Below, in pieces: positions 33,669 to 41,516 of a stretch of 41,516 nt of DNA. The stretch lies in assembly GCA_041487975.1 (NCBI GenBank), contig JBGPOI010000001.1, positions 1-41,516 on the forward strand. The letters run 5' to 3'. The position numbers and the translations under genes were made by a program. The stretch's first letter is position 1. The number at the start of each line of letters is the position of its first letter. Under the pieces are notes generated by a model. That model was not told the DNA's origin. It worked only from the letters and a program-made list of their open reading frames with translations, and ran no database searches. This DNA comes from Candidatus Binatia bacterium (GTDB taxonomy: Bacteria; Desulfobacterota; Binatia; Bin18).

Positions 33669-33917
33669 GTCCCTGACTCCTCAACGCACCTGCCCCTCTA
33701 TTAACCGATCGGTCAGGCAAGGGGAAAAAAAGAGAGGCTTGCGCCTCCTGAACCCATCTTCCCCTTACCGAATAAGCCTTTCACATATAGAGCTTCACCC
33801 CACCGCTGTCAACGCGCTCCCTGGGGTGAAAAAGCGAGCATAGCGATTCTCGGCAGTTCAGCGGTTTCGCCGGAGCAGAAACTCTGTTATCGTCGCTAGA
33901 TATTGGGGAGTTTGCTC

Positions 33918-35189
33918 ATGTACTTGAAGCTTTTTAGCCGTGTGGTCTTGCTGATGCTCTGTCTCCTAGACACAGCGCCCGCATTCTCTAGCACGAACCT
34001 TATTGCTTATGTCGATGGAGCTGGTGACCTCTATACCATCCAATCTGACGGTACTGGCAAGCGTCAGCTTGCTTCTGGTGAGGTGCTGCAAACGATCGCC
34101 TTTTCTGGAAGGTTAGTCAAAAATGGTCGGGATTTCTACAGTTGGCCGGTGTGGTCGCCGGATGGCACGCGCTTGGCTTGTTTCCGGGTAGTTGCCGAGG
34201 AGGAGGAAGCGACTGACGGGCTCTACATCTTCGAGGTAGCGAGTTCCCAGGTGCTGAATTCTTATAAAGAGCCAGGCCTGCGCCCGATTTATGCCTACTG
34301 GGCACCGAATGGCCAGCATCTGGCTGTGCTCCTGAGCGGACCAGGGGCACTGTCGTTGGGCTTATGGCCCGCATCTGGCGGGCAACGACCTAAGACCGTG
34401 GCGCAAGGGGTGCCACTCTACTTTGACTGGCGAGCTGATGCTCGAGCACTTTTAGTCCACAACGGCGGCGACCCAGAAGCCAAAGAAGGGCATTCCGTCA
34501 GCTTGCTCGACGTCGAGAGCGGGAAACGGAGCCTGGTCTCACGTGCGCCCGCAGCTTTCGGTCCGCCTTCTTGGTCGTCTGACGGGAAGTGGCTGGCCTA
34601 CGGCGATGCTGGCAAGAATGGCGCAAAGACCGCTCTCATGATTGCCGCCGCAGATGGCAGCGCACCCAAGTCGTTTGGCGCGTTACCAGAAAAGCTTGCG
34701 CTGGAATGGTCACCAACCCAGTCGGTCTTGGCTGTGGCGACAAGTTCATTTGTGGGAGATCCTCTGCTAGATGAGCTACGGTTGATCGATATTTCCTCAG
34801 GCAAGATGCGCACTGTCCTGAAAGATCAGTTCGCTGCATATTTCTGGTCTCCCAACGGTACCCGCATTCTGTATGCAAAGCCTAAACGTGATACGGATCT
34901 GTGGACTTGGGCCGTACTTGAAGTCGGAAATGGAAAAACCTACGAAGTGGTGGACTTCGCGCCGTCACGCCCACTGCTGCAAGTCTTCCAGTACTTCGAC
35001 CAGTACGCGCTTTCGCACCGCTTGTGGTCACCAGATAGTCAGCATCTTGTCTTCACTGGGAGCGCCGGTACGGACGCTCATCCAGCCGCCGCGCTGCAGA
35101 ACCCAACTGTCTACGCCGTTGATGCAGTAGCACATGCTACTCCCAAGGCCCTATCAGATGGCCATATTGCCTTCTGGTCGCCACAGTAG
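33918..35189 (+). CDS. Secreted PD40/TolB-like beta-propeller repeat protein
   Basis: Signal peptide and repeated W(S/A)P(D/N)G motifs (WSPDGTRLAC, WAPNGQHLAV, WSSDGKWLAY, WSPNGTRILY, WSPDSQHLVF). Confidence 0.85.
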   Translation: MYLKLFSRVVLLMLCLLDTAPAFSSTNLIAYVDGAGDLYTIQSDGTGKRQLASGEVLQTIAFSGRLVKNGRDFYSWPVWSPDGTRLACFRVVAEEEEATDGLYIFEVASSQVLNSYKEPGLRPIYAYWAPNGQHLAVLLSGPGALSLGLWPASGGQRPKTVAQGVPLYFDWRADARALLVHNGGDPEAKEGHSVSLLDVESGKRSLVSRAPAAFGPPSWSSDGKWLAYGDAGKNGAKTALMIAAADGSAPKSFGALPEKLALEWSPTQSVLAVATSSFVGDPLLDELRLIDISSGKMRTVLKDQFAAYFWSPNGTRILYAKPKRDTDLWTWAVLEVGNGKTYEVVDFAPSRPLLQVFQYFDQYALSHRLWSPDSQHLVFTGSAGTDAHPAAALQNPTVYAVDAVAHATPKALSDGHIAFWSPQ

Positions 35190-35249
35190 GGGCTGAACCT
35201 TGGCCAACGCTCACTATGGTGGGAGTTCTGGCCACGTTTGTATGATCCC

Positions 35250-35837
35250 ATGAAAGCAACCCTCGTCCAGGCGCACAGAACCGCACTTCTCCAGACACCC
35301 CTCGCAACACCCGTGCTTATCGGCCTGGAGAAATCGCAGGAGGCGGCACTGGCCATACGAGTTACCGATCTCTTCTCTGTCCGCCGCCAGGGACTCCCGA
35401 TCACAGTCAGGGCGATAGGGTACCAAGGCAAAGAAGGCACTTGGATAGTGGCAGTCGCATTTCGTATCGCTGGGACTCCAGTCGCGCCGTTTGCAGGTGC
35501 TGCCTACGTCAATCCGCGGCAAGAAGACGGCCTGCGCTTGCTCCAGCGCCTCGCCACGCAAGAACGACTGCCCTTCCTCTTTTTGAGCCCTTCTCTGAGG
35601 GTCGTGGTCAGGCAAGAAGCCGGTTGGTCTGTTCACCACCGGCAAGAGGTACGTCTGCTCCTGGCGCAGATGGCTCATGTCCAGACGAATAAGAGACTAA
35701 CTGGAGGTGAGGATCTTGATTTCGAACGCGCCAAGAAGGAGTTTCAGGATCTCTACTCAATCAAAACTCTCCTCGTGGTTCACCCTCGAAGTGAGGTTCG
35801 TCTCTCGTCCCCCTTCCGCGGGGTAGTACTGGAGTGA
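35250..35837 (+). CDS. Hypothetical protein (195 aa)
   Basis: Long ORF with G/C-rich third positions and no recognisable motif. A competing antisense ORF (35214..35678) looks less protein-like. No clear RBS. Confidence 0.45.
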   Translation: MKATLVQAHRTALLQTPLATPVLIGLEKSQEAALAIRVTDLFSVRRQGLPITVRAIGYQGKEGTWIVAVAFRIAGTPVAPFAGAAYVNPRQEDGLRLLQRLATQERLPFLFLSPSLRVVVRQEAGWSVHHRQEVRLLLAQMAHVQTNKRLTGGEDLDFERAKKEFQDLYSIKTLLVVHPRSEVRLSSPFRGVVLE

Positions 35838-35863
35838 CGAACGCGAGGTTCGTACTTCCTCGC

Positions 35864-36556
35864 TCACCGTCGCACTGGAACACCGCTTCGCTCTAACCTT
35901 TCGGCTTGCCCAACGAGAGCGCTCAGGAGATCCTGCACATGCCGTAGTCGGTCGGCCAGGCAGTCTTTTTCCACGGTGCCGCGCGAGGCCAGACACCCGC
36001 GCTCAAGCAGTCCGACAAACGCCGCAGCCACGTCCTCCAGGCGGCCCTCGCCAGGGCTATACCACTTATGCAGCCAGCCACACATACCCATGATCGCGTA
36101 GACTACGAGTTTGGCATCCAGCTCACGAAATACCCCCTGTGCCATACCTTCGTGCAGTATACTTTCAAGGTCCGCCATAAAACGCCGGCGGACCTCTAGG
36201 ACCTCTGCCCGCAGCCTGGGAGGCAGATCCGCTTCCTCACTGTAGAAAACGGTGAACAGGGCGACATTCTCGCCCATATTCCGTACTAAATCTTGTACCG
36301 CCCGGCGCAGCTTTTCTTCAGGCGGCAGCGATGCGGCGAGCAGCGGCTGGATGCCGCGGGCGAAAGAGCCGGCTACTTTGAGAAAGATCTTGGCCAGCAG
36401 TTCTTGTTTGTTCTCGAAGTAGCGGTACATCGAGGCTTTGGCCACCCCGGCATGCCGGGCGATTTCTTCGAGGGTGGTCTGGCGATAGCCGGTACTGGCA
36501 AACCGTTTGGCCGCCACTTCGAGCAAGTGCTCTTCGATCACTTCCCGGCGTGACAT
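35864..36556 (-). CDS. TetR/AcrR family transcriptional regulator
   Basis: N-terminal HTH TTLEEIARHAGVAKASMYRYFENKQELL. GAAGGAGAGG RBS before ATG 36556; the track start is 36685. Confidence 0.9.
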   Translation of the reverse strand: MSRREVIEEHLLEVAAKRFASTGYRQTTLEEIARHAGVAKASMYRYFENKQELLAKIFLKVAGSFARGIQPLLAASLPPEEKLRRAVQDLVRNMGENVALFTVFYSEEADLPPRLRAEVLEVRRRFMADLESILHEGMAQGVFRELDAKLVVYAIMGMCGWLHKWYSPGEGRLEDVAAAFVGLLERGCLASRGTVEKDCLADRLRHVQDLLSALVGQAERLERSGVPVRR

Positions 36557-36759
36557 CGCTGCCGCCTCTCCTTCTGCCCGGTGGGGGCGGGAAGTTTCTT
36601 GTTCGCCAGAGGAACGACGGCGTGCTTTTCTTACTTGACTTAACGGTCTCAAAATTGTACCCTTGAAATGTCCAGAGAGTCTCAAAAATATACTACAAAG
36701 TCAGATGAAATAAAAGCGCGCCTCGGTTTCTTGCCGGGCGGTGCCGGGAGACAGATCTC

Positions 36760-38022
36760 ATGAAAAGAAAGAACGCCAGCTTGTCTGCTATGGTTGGCCT
36801 CCTCGTCTTTGCCTCGCTGGCCTTGGCCGAGCCCACAGTCCCAGAGCCAATTCGCTCAGTCTTTTATCCCTACAGTGTTGAGCCACTTCGTCTAGGGGGG
36901 ATCACGCCAGGCCTGACGATTGATCAGCGCAACTGGCAAGTGGCCGAGCAACTCCTCCCTCCTGAGATCGCGCATTTGGTGCAGGTCGGCGACTTCACCA
37001 TCACCGTGCAAGAAACCACGGACCTCCCGGTACGTGATTCTTACGTTACCGCCACCGCCGAGCATTTTCCCGGCGTATCGCTCGACGGCGGCTATAAGAT
37101 CGAGCACTACCAGGGTGGCCGTCCCTTCCCTATACTTGATCCAGCTGATCCACACGTCGGCGAAAAAGCCGCGTGGAATCTCCGTTACCGGGATGTCCCG
37201 GACACGATGGAAATGCGCGGCACGATGCAAGGAGTGAACAACGCCGGCACGATCGACCGCTCTAACGTCGGCCGCATGCGCATCCGCTACGGCATGTATC
37301 GCGTTGGCGATGAAGAAAACGACCCTGAGTGGGAAGCCCAAGGCATACGCGTGAAGGCAACGTTCGAATCTCTGGCCCCGTCCGATCAGGAAGGGAACAT
37401 GCGCATCACAACGATCTACGATGATGAAGCGCAGGCGTACGATGATCTGAGTTATAGCCCACAGAGTCGGCGCACCAGAAAGGGCTACATGAACATGCTG
37501 GCGCGCATGGGCGGAGGACGCTACGACGTGCTGTCAGAAGAGCAACCGCCATTCTTTTTCATCGGCTATCTCCACGAGTACGACTGGACGTACAAAGGCG
37601 AGCAGACAATGCTGGTGCCTGGCTTCCTTCAGGCCGGGCGTCTGACCTTTGGCGGCAAAAACGACTGGTATCCCAATACTCCGTGGGAACTGCGCCGGGT
37701 CGTTGTCTTAGAATCCACCCCGAAAGGGGCGCATCCTTACAGCAAGCGGGTCTTCTACCTCGATGCGCAGACCTACACGCCATTTTGTATCCTCAGCTAC
37801 GATCCCGCGGGAACTTTCGTGCGGCTTACGCTCATCGTCCACGGCAACCCGGACTTCGTGCCAGGCGCCCAAGGTGTACGCCTGCCTGTTCCGCTCGGAG
37901 CTACCTGGGTGAATTTCGCTCAGGACCATGCTTCACACATGATCGCCGACGCCCCGGGGTTCAAGCTGGGCTTCTCGCCGCGGCGGTTCGAGATGATGGA
38001 ATTGCTACGAAAGGGGAAATGA
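36760..38022 (+). CDS. DUF1329-like periplasmic (LolA-fold) protein
   Basis: Signal peptide ending ALA-EP. The Y-x-GG-x-PFP ... K-x-x-WN motif (HYQGGRPFPILDP...GEKAAWNLRYR) and the roughly 420-aa size fit DUF1329 as I remember it. Confidence 0.7.
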   Translation: MKRKNASLSAMVGLLVFASLALAEPTVPEPIRSVFYPYSVEPLRLGGITPGLTIDQRNWQVAEQLLPPEIAHLVQVGDFTITVQETTDLPVRDSYVTATAEHFPGVSLDGGYKIEHYQGGRPFPILDPADPHVGEKAAWNLRYRDVPDTMEMRGTMQGVNNAGTIDRSNVGRMRIRYGMYRVGDEENDPEWEAQGIRVKATFESLAPSDQEGNMRITTIYDDEAQAYDDLSYSPQSRRTRKGYMNMLARMGGGRYDVLSEEQPPFFFIGYLHEYDWTYKGEQTMLVPGFLQAGRLTFGGKNDWYPNTPWELRRVVVLESTPKGAHPYSKRVFYLDAQTYTPFCILSYDPAGTFVRLTLIVHGNPDFVPGAQGVRLPVPLGATWVNFAQDHASHMIADAPGFKLGFSPRRFEMMELLRKGK

Positions 38023-38075
38023 GCAGCCTGTGAGCAAGGCCGCAAGGGCGGAGTCATCTGGCTTCGGTAGGAAGT

Positions 38076-38100
38076 GGGCCGCGATTGTTTATCGCAGCCC
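38076..38100. terminator. Hairpin between the convergent DUF1329 and CoA-transferase genes
   Basis: GGGCCGCGAT-tgttt-ATCGCAGCCC (one mismatch). A T-rich stretch with a second small hairpin (ACCGC-...-GCGGT) follows at 38114-38136. Confidence 0.45.
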
Positions 38101-38194
38101 ATCTTCCGTCTTCACCGCGTTTCTTTTTTTGCGGTTGGTCACCTACCCGAGGATTTTGCAGAGCCGCTAAAGGATTTCAACGACTGGCATAGGG

Positions 38195-39397
38195 CTAGCC
38201 TACTACGCCCGTCACTTTAAGCCGTCGGATTTCTTCTCGACTCAGTCCCAGCCCCTTCAGGATCTCTTCGCTATGCTGTCCCAGCGTAGGCGGTGGGCTT
38301 TGGACCTTCGCCGCAGTGTCGGAGAAACGCCACACCGGACCGATTGTCTTGAACGTGCCGGCACTGGGATGGTCGATTTCCCGTACGATGTTCAGTTCTT
38401 GCACTTGGGGATGAGCAAAGAGCGTGCGATAATCCATGAAGGGCACCGCGTCACCGCTGAACTCATGCACCAAGCGCACGACTTCTTCGTTGCTCATCTC
38501 CTTGAACGCCTGCTCCCAAACGGGCTTCACCTCCGCTGCGTAGCGGCCAATGCTGGTGGCCTCGCGGCCGAACCCGGCAAAACGCGGGTCGTTGATGTAC
38601 TCCTCCAGCCCCAGGGAAATCATCAACCGATCCCAATCCTCGCTACTGCCGCGACGCAAACCGAAGAACACCTGGCCGGTTTTGGTTTTGTAGCCGTGGT
38701 CCGGGGGCTTGGTGTAGCTGTCGAGATGAAATCCATACCAGTCGTCGGGGTCAGTCATCGCTGTCCACATAATGCCACGCATGTGGAGCAGAGTACCGAG
38801 CATGCTCACCGCCACCCGCTGGCCCTGGCCGCTGCGCGCACGGTGAAACAGCGCTGCAGTAACTGCCTGTGAAGCAAAAATGCTGGTGTTGAGACTAGCA
38901 ACATCGGTCCCTAAGCGTACCGGTGGCTCGCCGATTCGGCCCAGGGAATTGGTGTAGTCGGCCATCGCCTGGATGACCAATTCCGCCCCCGGCAGAGTGC
39001 GCAGCGGCCCTTCTTCGCCAAAGGCGCTGATAGCACAGTACACCAGCTTGGGATTAAGTTTCCGCAGGTCGCCGTCGCCCAGGCCGAGTTTCTCAGCCTC
39101 CCCCGGCCCCAGGTCTTCAAGAAGGACGTCGGCCTGGGCAACAAGCCGGCGCACGATGTCCTGGCCTTCAGCCTTGTGCATATCGAGAGCCAGACTTTTC
39201 TTGTTGCGGTTGAGGCTGAGAAACACCGCACTCTCATCACCAACGAATGGTGGTCCCATCACCCGAGCGCAGTCGCCGGAGAGGGGCTCGATTTTGATCA
39301 CCTCTGCGCCAGCGTCACCGAGACGCATGGCCCCGAACGGTCCACAGAGACCCTGGGTTAAGTCGATAACGATGAAACCGGAGAGTGCGCCTGACAT
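38195..39397 (-). CDS. Family III CoA-transferase (CaiB/BaiF/Frc family)
   Basis: N-terminus GFIVIDLTQGLCGPFGAMRLGDAGAEVIKIEP is the family III Rossmann-like signature. 400 aa. Confidence 0.93.
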   Translation of the reverse strand: MSGALSGFIVIDLTQGLCGPFGAMRLGDAGAEVIKIEPLSGDCARVMGPPFVGDESAVFLSLNRNKKSLALDMHKAEGQDIVRRLVAQADVLLEDLGPGEAEKLGLGDGDLRKLNPKLVYCAISAFGEEGPLRTLPGAELVIQAMADYTNSLGRIGEPPVRLGTDVASLNTSIFASQAVTAALFHRARSGQGQRVAVSMLGTLLHMRGIMWTAMTDPDDWYGFHLDSYTKPPDHGYKTKTGQVFFGLRRGSSEDWDRLMISLGLEEYINDPRFAGFGREATSIGRYAAEVKPVWEQAFKEMSNEEVVRLVHEFSGDAVPFMDYRTLFAHPQVQELNIVREIDHPSAGTFKTIGPVWRFSDTAAKVQSPPPTLGQHSEEILKGLGLSREEIRRLKVTGVVG

Positions 39398-39409
39398 GGT
39401 AACCTCAAT

Positions 39410-39490
39410 GGGGAAGGAATCGGAGAATCGGGGACGGGGAGAAACGGAGACTTTTTCTTTCTCTCCGATTCGCCGATTCTCCGCTTCCCC
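39410..39490. repeat. Long imperfect hairpin built from tandem GAATCGG heptamers, between the two CoA-transferase cistrons
   Basis: GGGGAAG(gaat)CGGAGAATCGG ... CCGATTCTCCGCTTCCCC forms an 18-bp outer stem with a 4-nt bulge. CGGAGA...TCTCCG forms an inner stem. Confidence 0.6.
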
Positions 39491-39498
39491 GTTTCTTC

Positions 39499-40647
39499 CT
39501 AAATTATCCCCAACTCCCGCAACACTTCCTCGGTGTGCTCACCTTTCAGCCCACCCGCATGGATCGGCCCGGCCGGGGTCTTCTCGAACCTCCAGGGCAA
39601 GCCATCGACACTGAGCGTGCCCCAGTGTGGAGTGTCCAGGTCTGCAATATGTTGGTTCTGGACGACTTGGGGATGATAGCGCAACGCTTCGAAATCCACG
39701 ATACGGCTGTTCGGCACCTGTTCCTTGGTAAGACGAATAACCCACCAGGCCGCAGGCTTTGTGCGGAAGCGTTCTTGCAAAAGGGGGATCAATTCCGCCC
39801 GATGCTCGACTCGTTGGGGATTCGTCGCGAAACGCGGATCATCAATGATCTCTTCCAACTTGACGGCTCGGCAGAAGCGTGGCCACTGGTCTTCACTCAC
39901 CACACCCACGGCGATGTATTTCTCATCCTCGCAGAGGAATGCCTGGTGCGGCACGGTAGTTCCCGCGGCACTTCCCATTGGCTGGGGTTGCTTGCCGGTC
40001 GCGAAATATTCGGCCAAACGGCTGGTCTGCAGCGACAAGGCCGCGGCCAACATCTCGATCTCGACCTTCTGGCCCTTGCCCGTGCGTTCGCGCGCGAGCA
40101 GCGCCTGGAGCACGGCCTCGACGATCATCGTGCTGGTATTGATATCCAAATGCGCCAGGTGCCGGAACATCTCTCCTTGTGAGTCAGTCGGGCCGGTGAT
40201 ACTACACCAACCCGAGAATGCCTGCACGGTAGGATCAACCCCGGCTTCCTTGGCCATCGGCCCGGTGCGGCCGTAGGCCGAAGCAGAAACGTAGACAATC
40301 CTGGGATTGATTTGCGAGACGACGTCATATCCTAACCCCAGCCGCTCAACCGCGCCGGGTCGCATGTTCTGGATGAACACGTCACTCTTCTCGATAATCT
40401 TGAGGGCGATGGCGCGGTCCCCTTCTTGCTTAAGATCAAGCACGATGTGGCGCTTGTTAAAGTTGGCGGAAATATACAGGACCGCGGTCCCTTTGATCGG
40501 CGGCGGAATGTAGTGTGACAGTTCACCTTCCGGCGCTTCGACCTTAATGACGTCTGCGCCCAGTTCCCCCAGGAGTTTAGCGGCCCAGGGGCCGACCGCG
40601 GCGATGCTCAAATCAAAGACACGAATACCATCGAGAATGCCGGGCAT
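39499..40647 (-). CDS. Family III CoA-transferase (CaiB/BaiF/Frc family), paralog
   Basis: N-terminus GIRVFDLSIAAVGPWAAKLLGELGADVIKVEAP. GAGGAGGAAGG RBS before ATG 40647; the track start is GTG 40695. Confidence 0.93.
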   Translation of the reverse strand: MPGILDGIRVFDLSIAAVGPWAAKLLGELGADVIKVEAPEGELSHYIPPPIKGTAVLYISANFNKRHIVLDLKQEGDRAIALKIIEKSDVFIQNMRPGAVERLGLGYDVVSQINPRIVYVSASAYGRTGPMAKEAGVDPTVQAFSGWCSITGPTDSQGEMFRHLAHLDINTSTMIVEAVLQALLARERTGKGQKVEIEMLAAALSLQTSRLAEYFATGKQPQPMGSAAGTTVPHQAFLCEDEKYIAVGVVSEDQWPRFCRAVKLEEIIDDPRFATNPQRVEHRAELIPLLQERFRTKPAAWWVIRLTKEQVPNSRIVDFEALRYHPQVVQNQHIADLDTPHWGTLSVDGLPWRFEKTPAGPIHAGGLKGEHTEEVLRELGII

Positions 40648-40724
40648 GATGCCTTCCTCCTCTTGGTGGAGAGGCTGGCCTTTATCCGGGTTCACACTGG
40701 CACGGCCTGCCCTCTCCGGGCGAC

Positions 40725-40754
40725 AGAGTAGGACAGAAGGGAGCGGCGTGTCAA
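40725..40754 (-). promoter_or_regulatory. sigma70-type promoter candidate for the CoA-transferase pair
   Basis: Minus strand reads TTGACA (40754..40749), an 18-nt spacer, then TACTCT (40730..40725), about 75 nt upstream of ATG 40647. Confidence 0.4.
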
Positions 40755-41208
40755 CCAGAAGCGCCGCCCGATAGCCTAGGCAGCAAGGTTGCGTTGATGT
40801 GAGGCTCCGCTACGACGTGATGGCAGCCGAGCCGCGATAGGGCTGCTATAGAGAGAAAAGGGGCACCGCTCTCGCCCCGGGCAGTAGGTAAGAGAGATCC
40901 GCGAGGCGCACGAACGCATGGATGCCGCGGCATGGGCATAGAGGAAGCCATGAACGCAAATCAGCACGCAAGCCGAAAGCCAAAGTCATGGGTGTATAAG
41001 GAAGAGGCGGTAGCGGGAGAAGCCGAAGACAGCGTGAAAAGCCATGAAGGCTGCAACGTCCTCTAATCCTACTACGAAGCTGTCCCCACTCCTATGCAAA
41101 AAGAAAGACCTGACCTCTACTCCTTAACTTTCCCAGCACGGTCTGTTGCTGGAGTTTGCCTTTCGGTCACGTCAGCAGTATGGTGACAAGATCGATGAGG
41201 AGCAAGCA

Positions 41209-41516
41209 ATGAGTACGGCAACAGCTACCGATTCTTCCTATATCACTCGCAGCCCTGATGTGTGTGGTGGTCAGCCCGTCATCACTGGCACCCGCACGCC
41301 CGTGAAAAGCATCGTCGGCTATTACAAAATGGGCCTGAGCGTTGAAGAGATCCTTGAAGGCCTGCCGCACTTAACCCCAGCTCAAGTTTTTGCCGCGCTC
41401 AGTTACTATCACGATCATCAGGCTGAAATCGAACAAGACATTGAAGACAGCCGCGTGGAAAACCTCATTGCCCGGTACGGGCTGAAAGCACTCCCCGACG
41501 GTCGTCTTGTGCCTGA
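41209..41516 (+). CDS. DUF433 domain protein (antitoxin-like), 3' end beyond the window
   Basis: Not in the ORF track because there is no stop inside the window. GAGGAG RBS 7 nt before ATG 41209. Translation: MSTATATDSSYITRSPDVCGGQPVITGTRTPVKSIVGYYKMGLSVEEILEGLPHLTPAQVFAALSYYHDH, which carries the DUF433 signature (GG-x-P-x-I-x-GTR-x-PV ... EEIL ... P-x-LT). Confidence 0.8.
   Translation, partial: MSTATATDSSYITRSPDVCGGQPVITGTRTPVKSIVGYYKMGLSVEEILEGLPHLTPAQVFAALSYYHDHQAEIEQDIEDSRVENLIARYGLKALPDGRLVP

Noticed and set aside
40697-40715. TGGCAC hexamer suggesting a second sigma54 promoter
   Set aside because: The -12 region reads GCCC instead of TTGC at the required spacing. The hexamer also points away from the CoA-transferase genes toward a region with no gene. 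Other TGGCAC occurrences (e.g. 1146, 15195, 20042, 24308) likewise lack a -12 element.
1-41516. tRNA, rRNA, tmRNA, transposase, integrase, phage or defence-system genes
   Set aside because: I scanned the intergenic regions and the ORF translations and recognised no T-arm/anticodon-arm structures, rRNA-like sequence, DDE/tyrosine/serine recombinase motifs or known defence domains. The only toxin-antitoxin-like element is the partial DUF433 gene at the right edge.

Overview
GC-rich, gene-dense chromosomal segment from a diderm bacterium, judging by an outer-membrane barrel, a PD40/TolB-like protein, a type IV pilus, sigma54 and hopanoid genes. I saw no rRNA, tRNA, CRISPR, transposase or phage genes. 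Left to right: (1) thiL (partial) < dnaJ < dnaK < grpE, then recO and glyQS. (2) A co-oriented minus-strand block: heme-oxygenase-like diiron oxidase, GNAT::cNMP-binding acyltransferase, MMPL transporter fused to a LolA-like domain, and a DUF1302-like OM barrel. This block is my top candidate for an undescribed system, a cyclic-nucleotide-gated lipid or lipoamino-acid synthesis and envelope-export module. (3) ppdK and aroE. (4) A type IV pilus locus: pilB, pilC, a PilS-sensor::PilR-output fusion lacking kinase and receiver, a consensus sigma54 promoter, and two tandem pilins. Its intergenic gaps are full of GTAG-headed REP/REPIN-like palindromes, and the pilin plus M20-peptidase cassette is bracketed by a 108-bp inverted repeat. 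(5) hslO and ribBA, whose cyclohydrolase half has lost its three zinc cysteines (RibBX-like). (6) An isoprenoid/hopanoid operon: shc, yjbQ, dxr, squalene-synthase family. (7) A PD40 propeller protein, TetR plus DUF1329, two tandem family III CoA-transferases with a long intercistronic hairpin, about 450 nt of unexplained purine-rich spacer, and a partial DUF433 gene. All function calls come from motif recognition by eye on the supplied translations; no database search was run. Several start codons were moved inward from the ORF-track maxima on RBS or N-terminus grounds.
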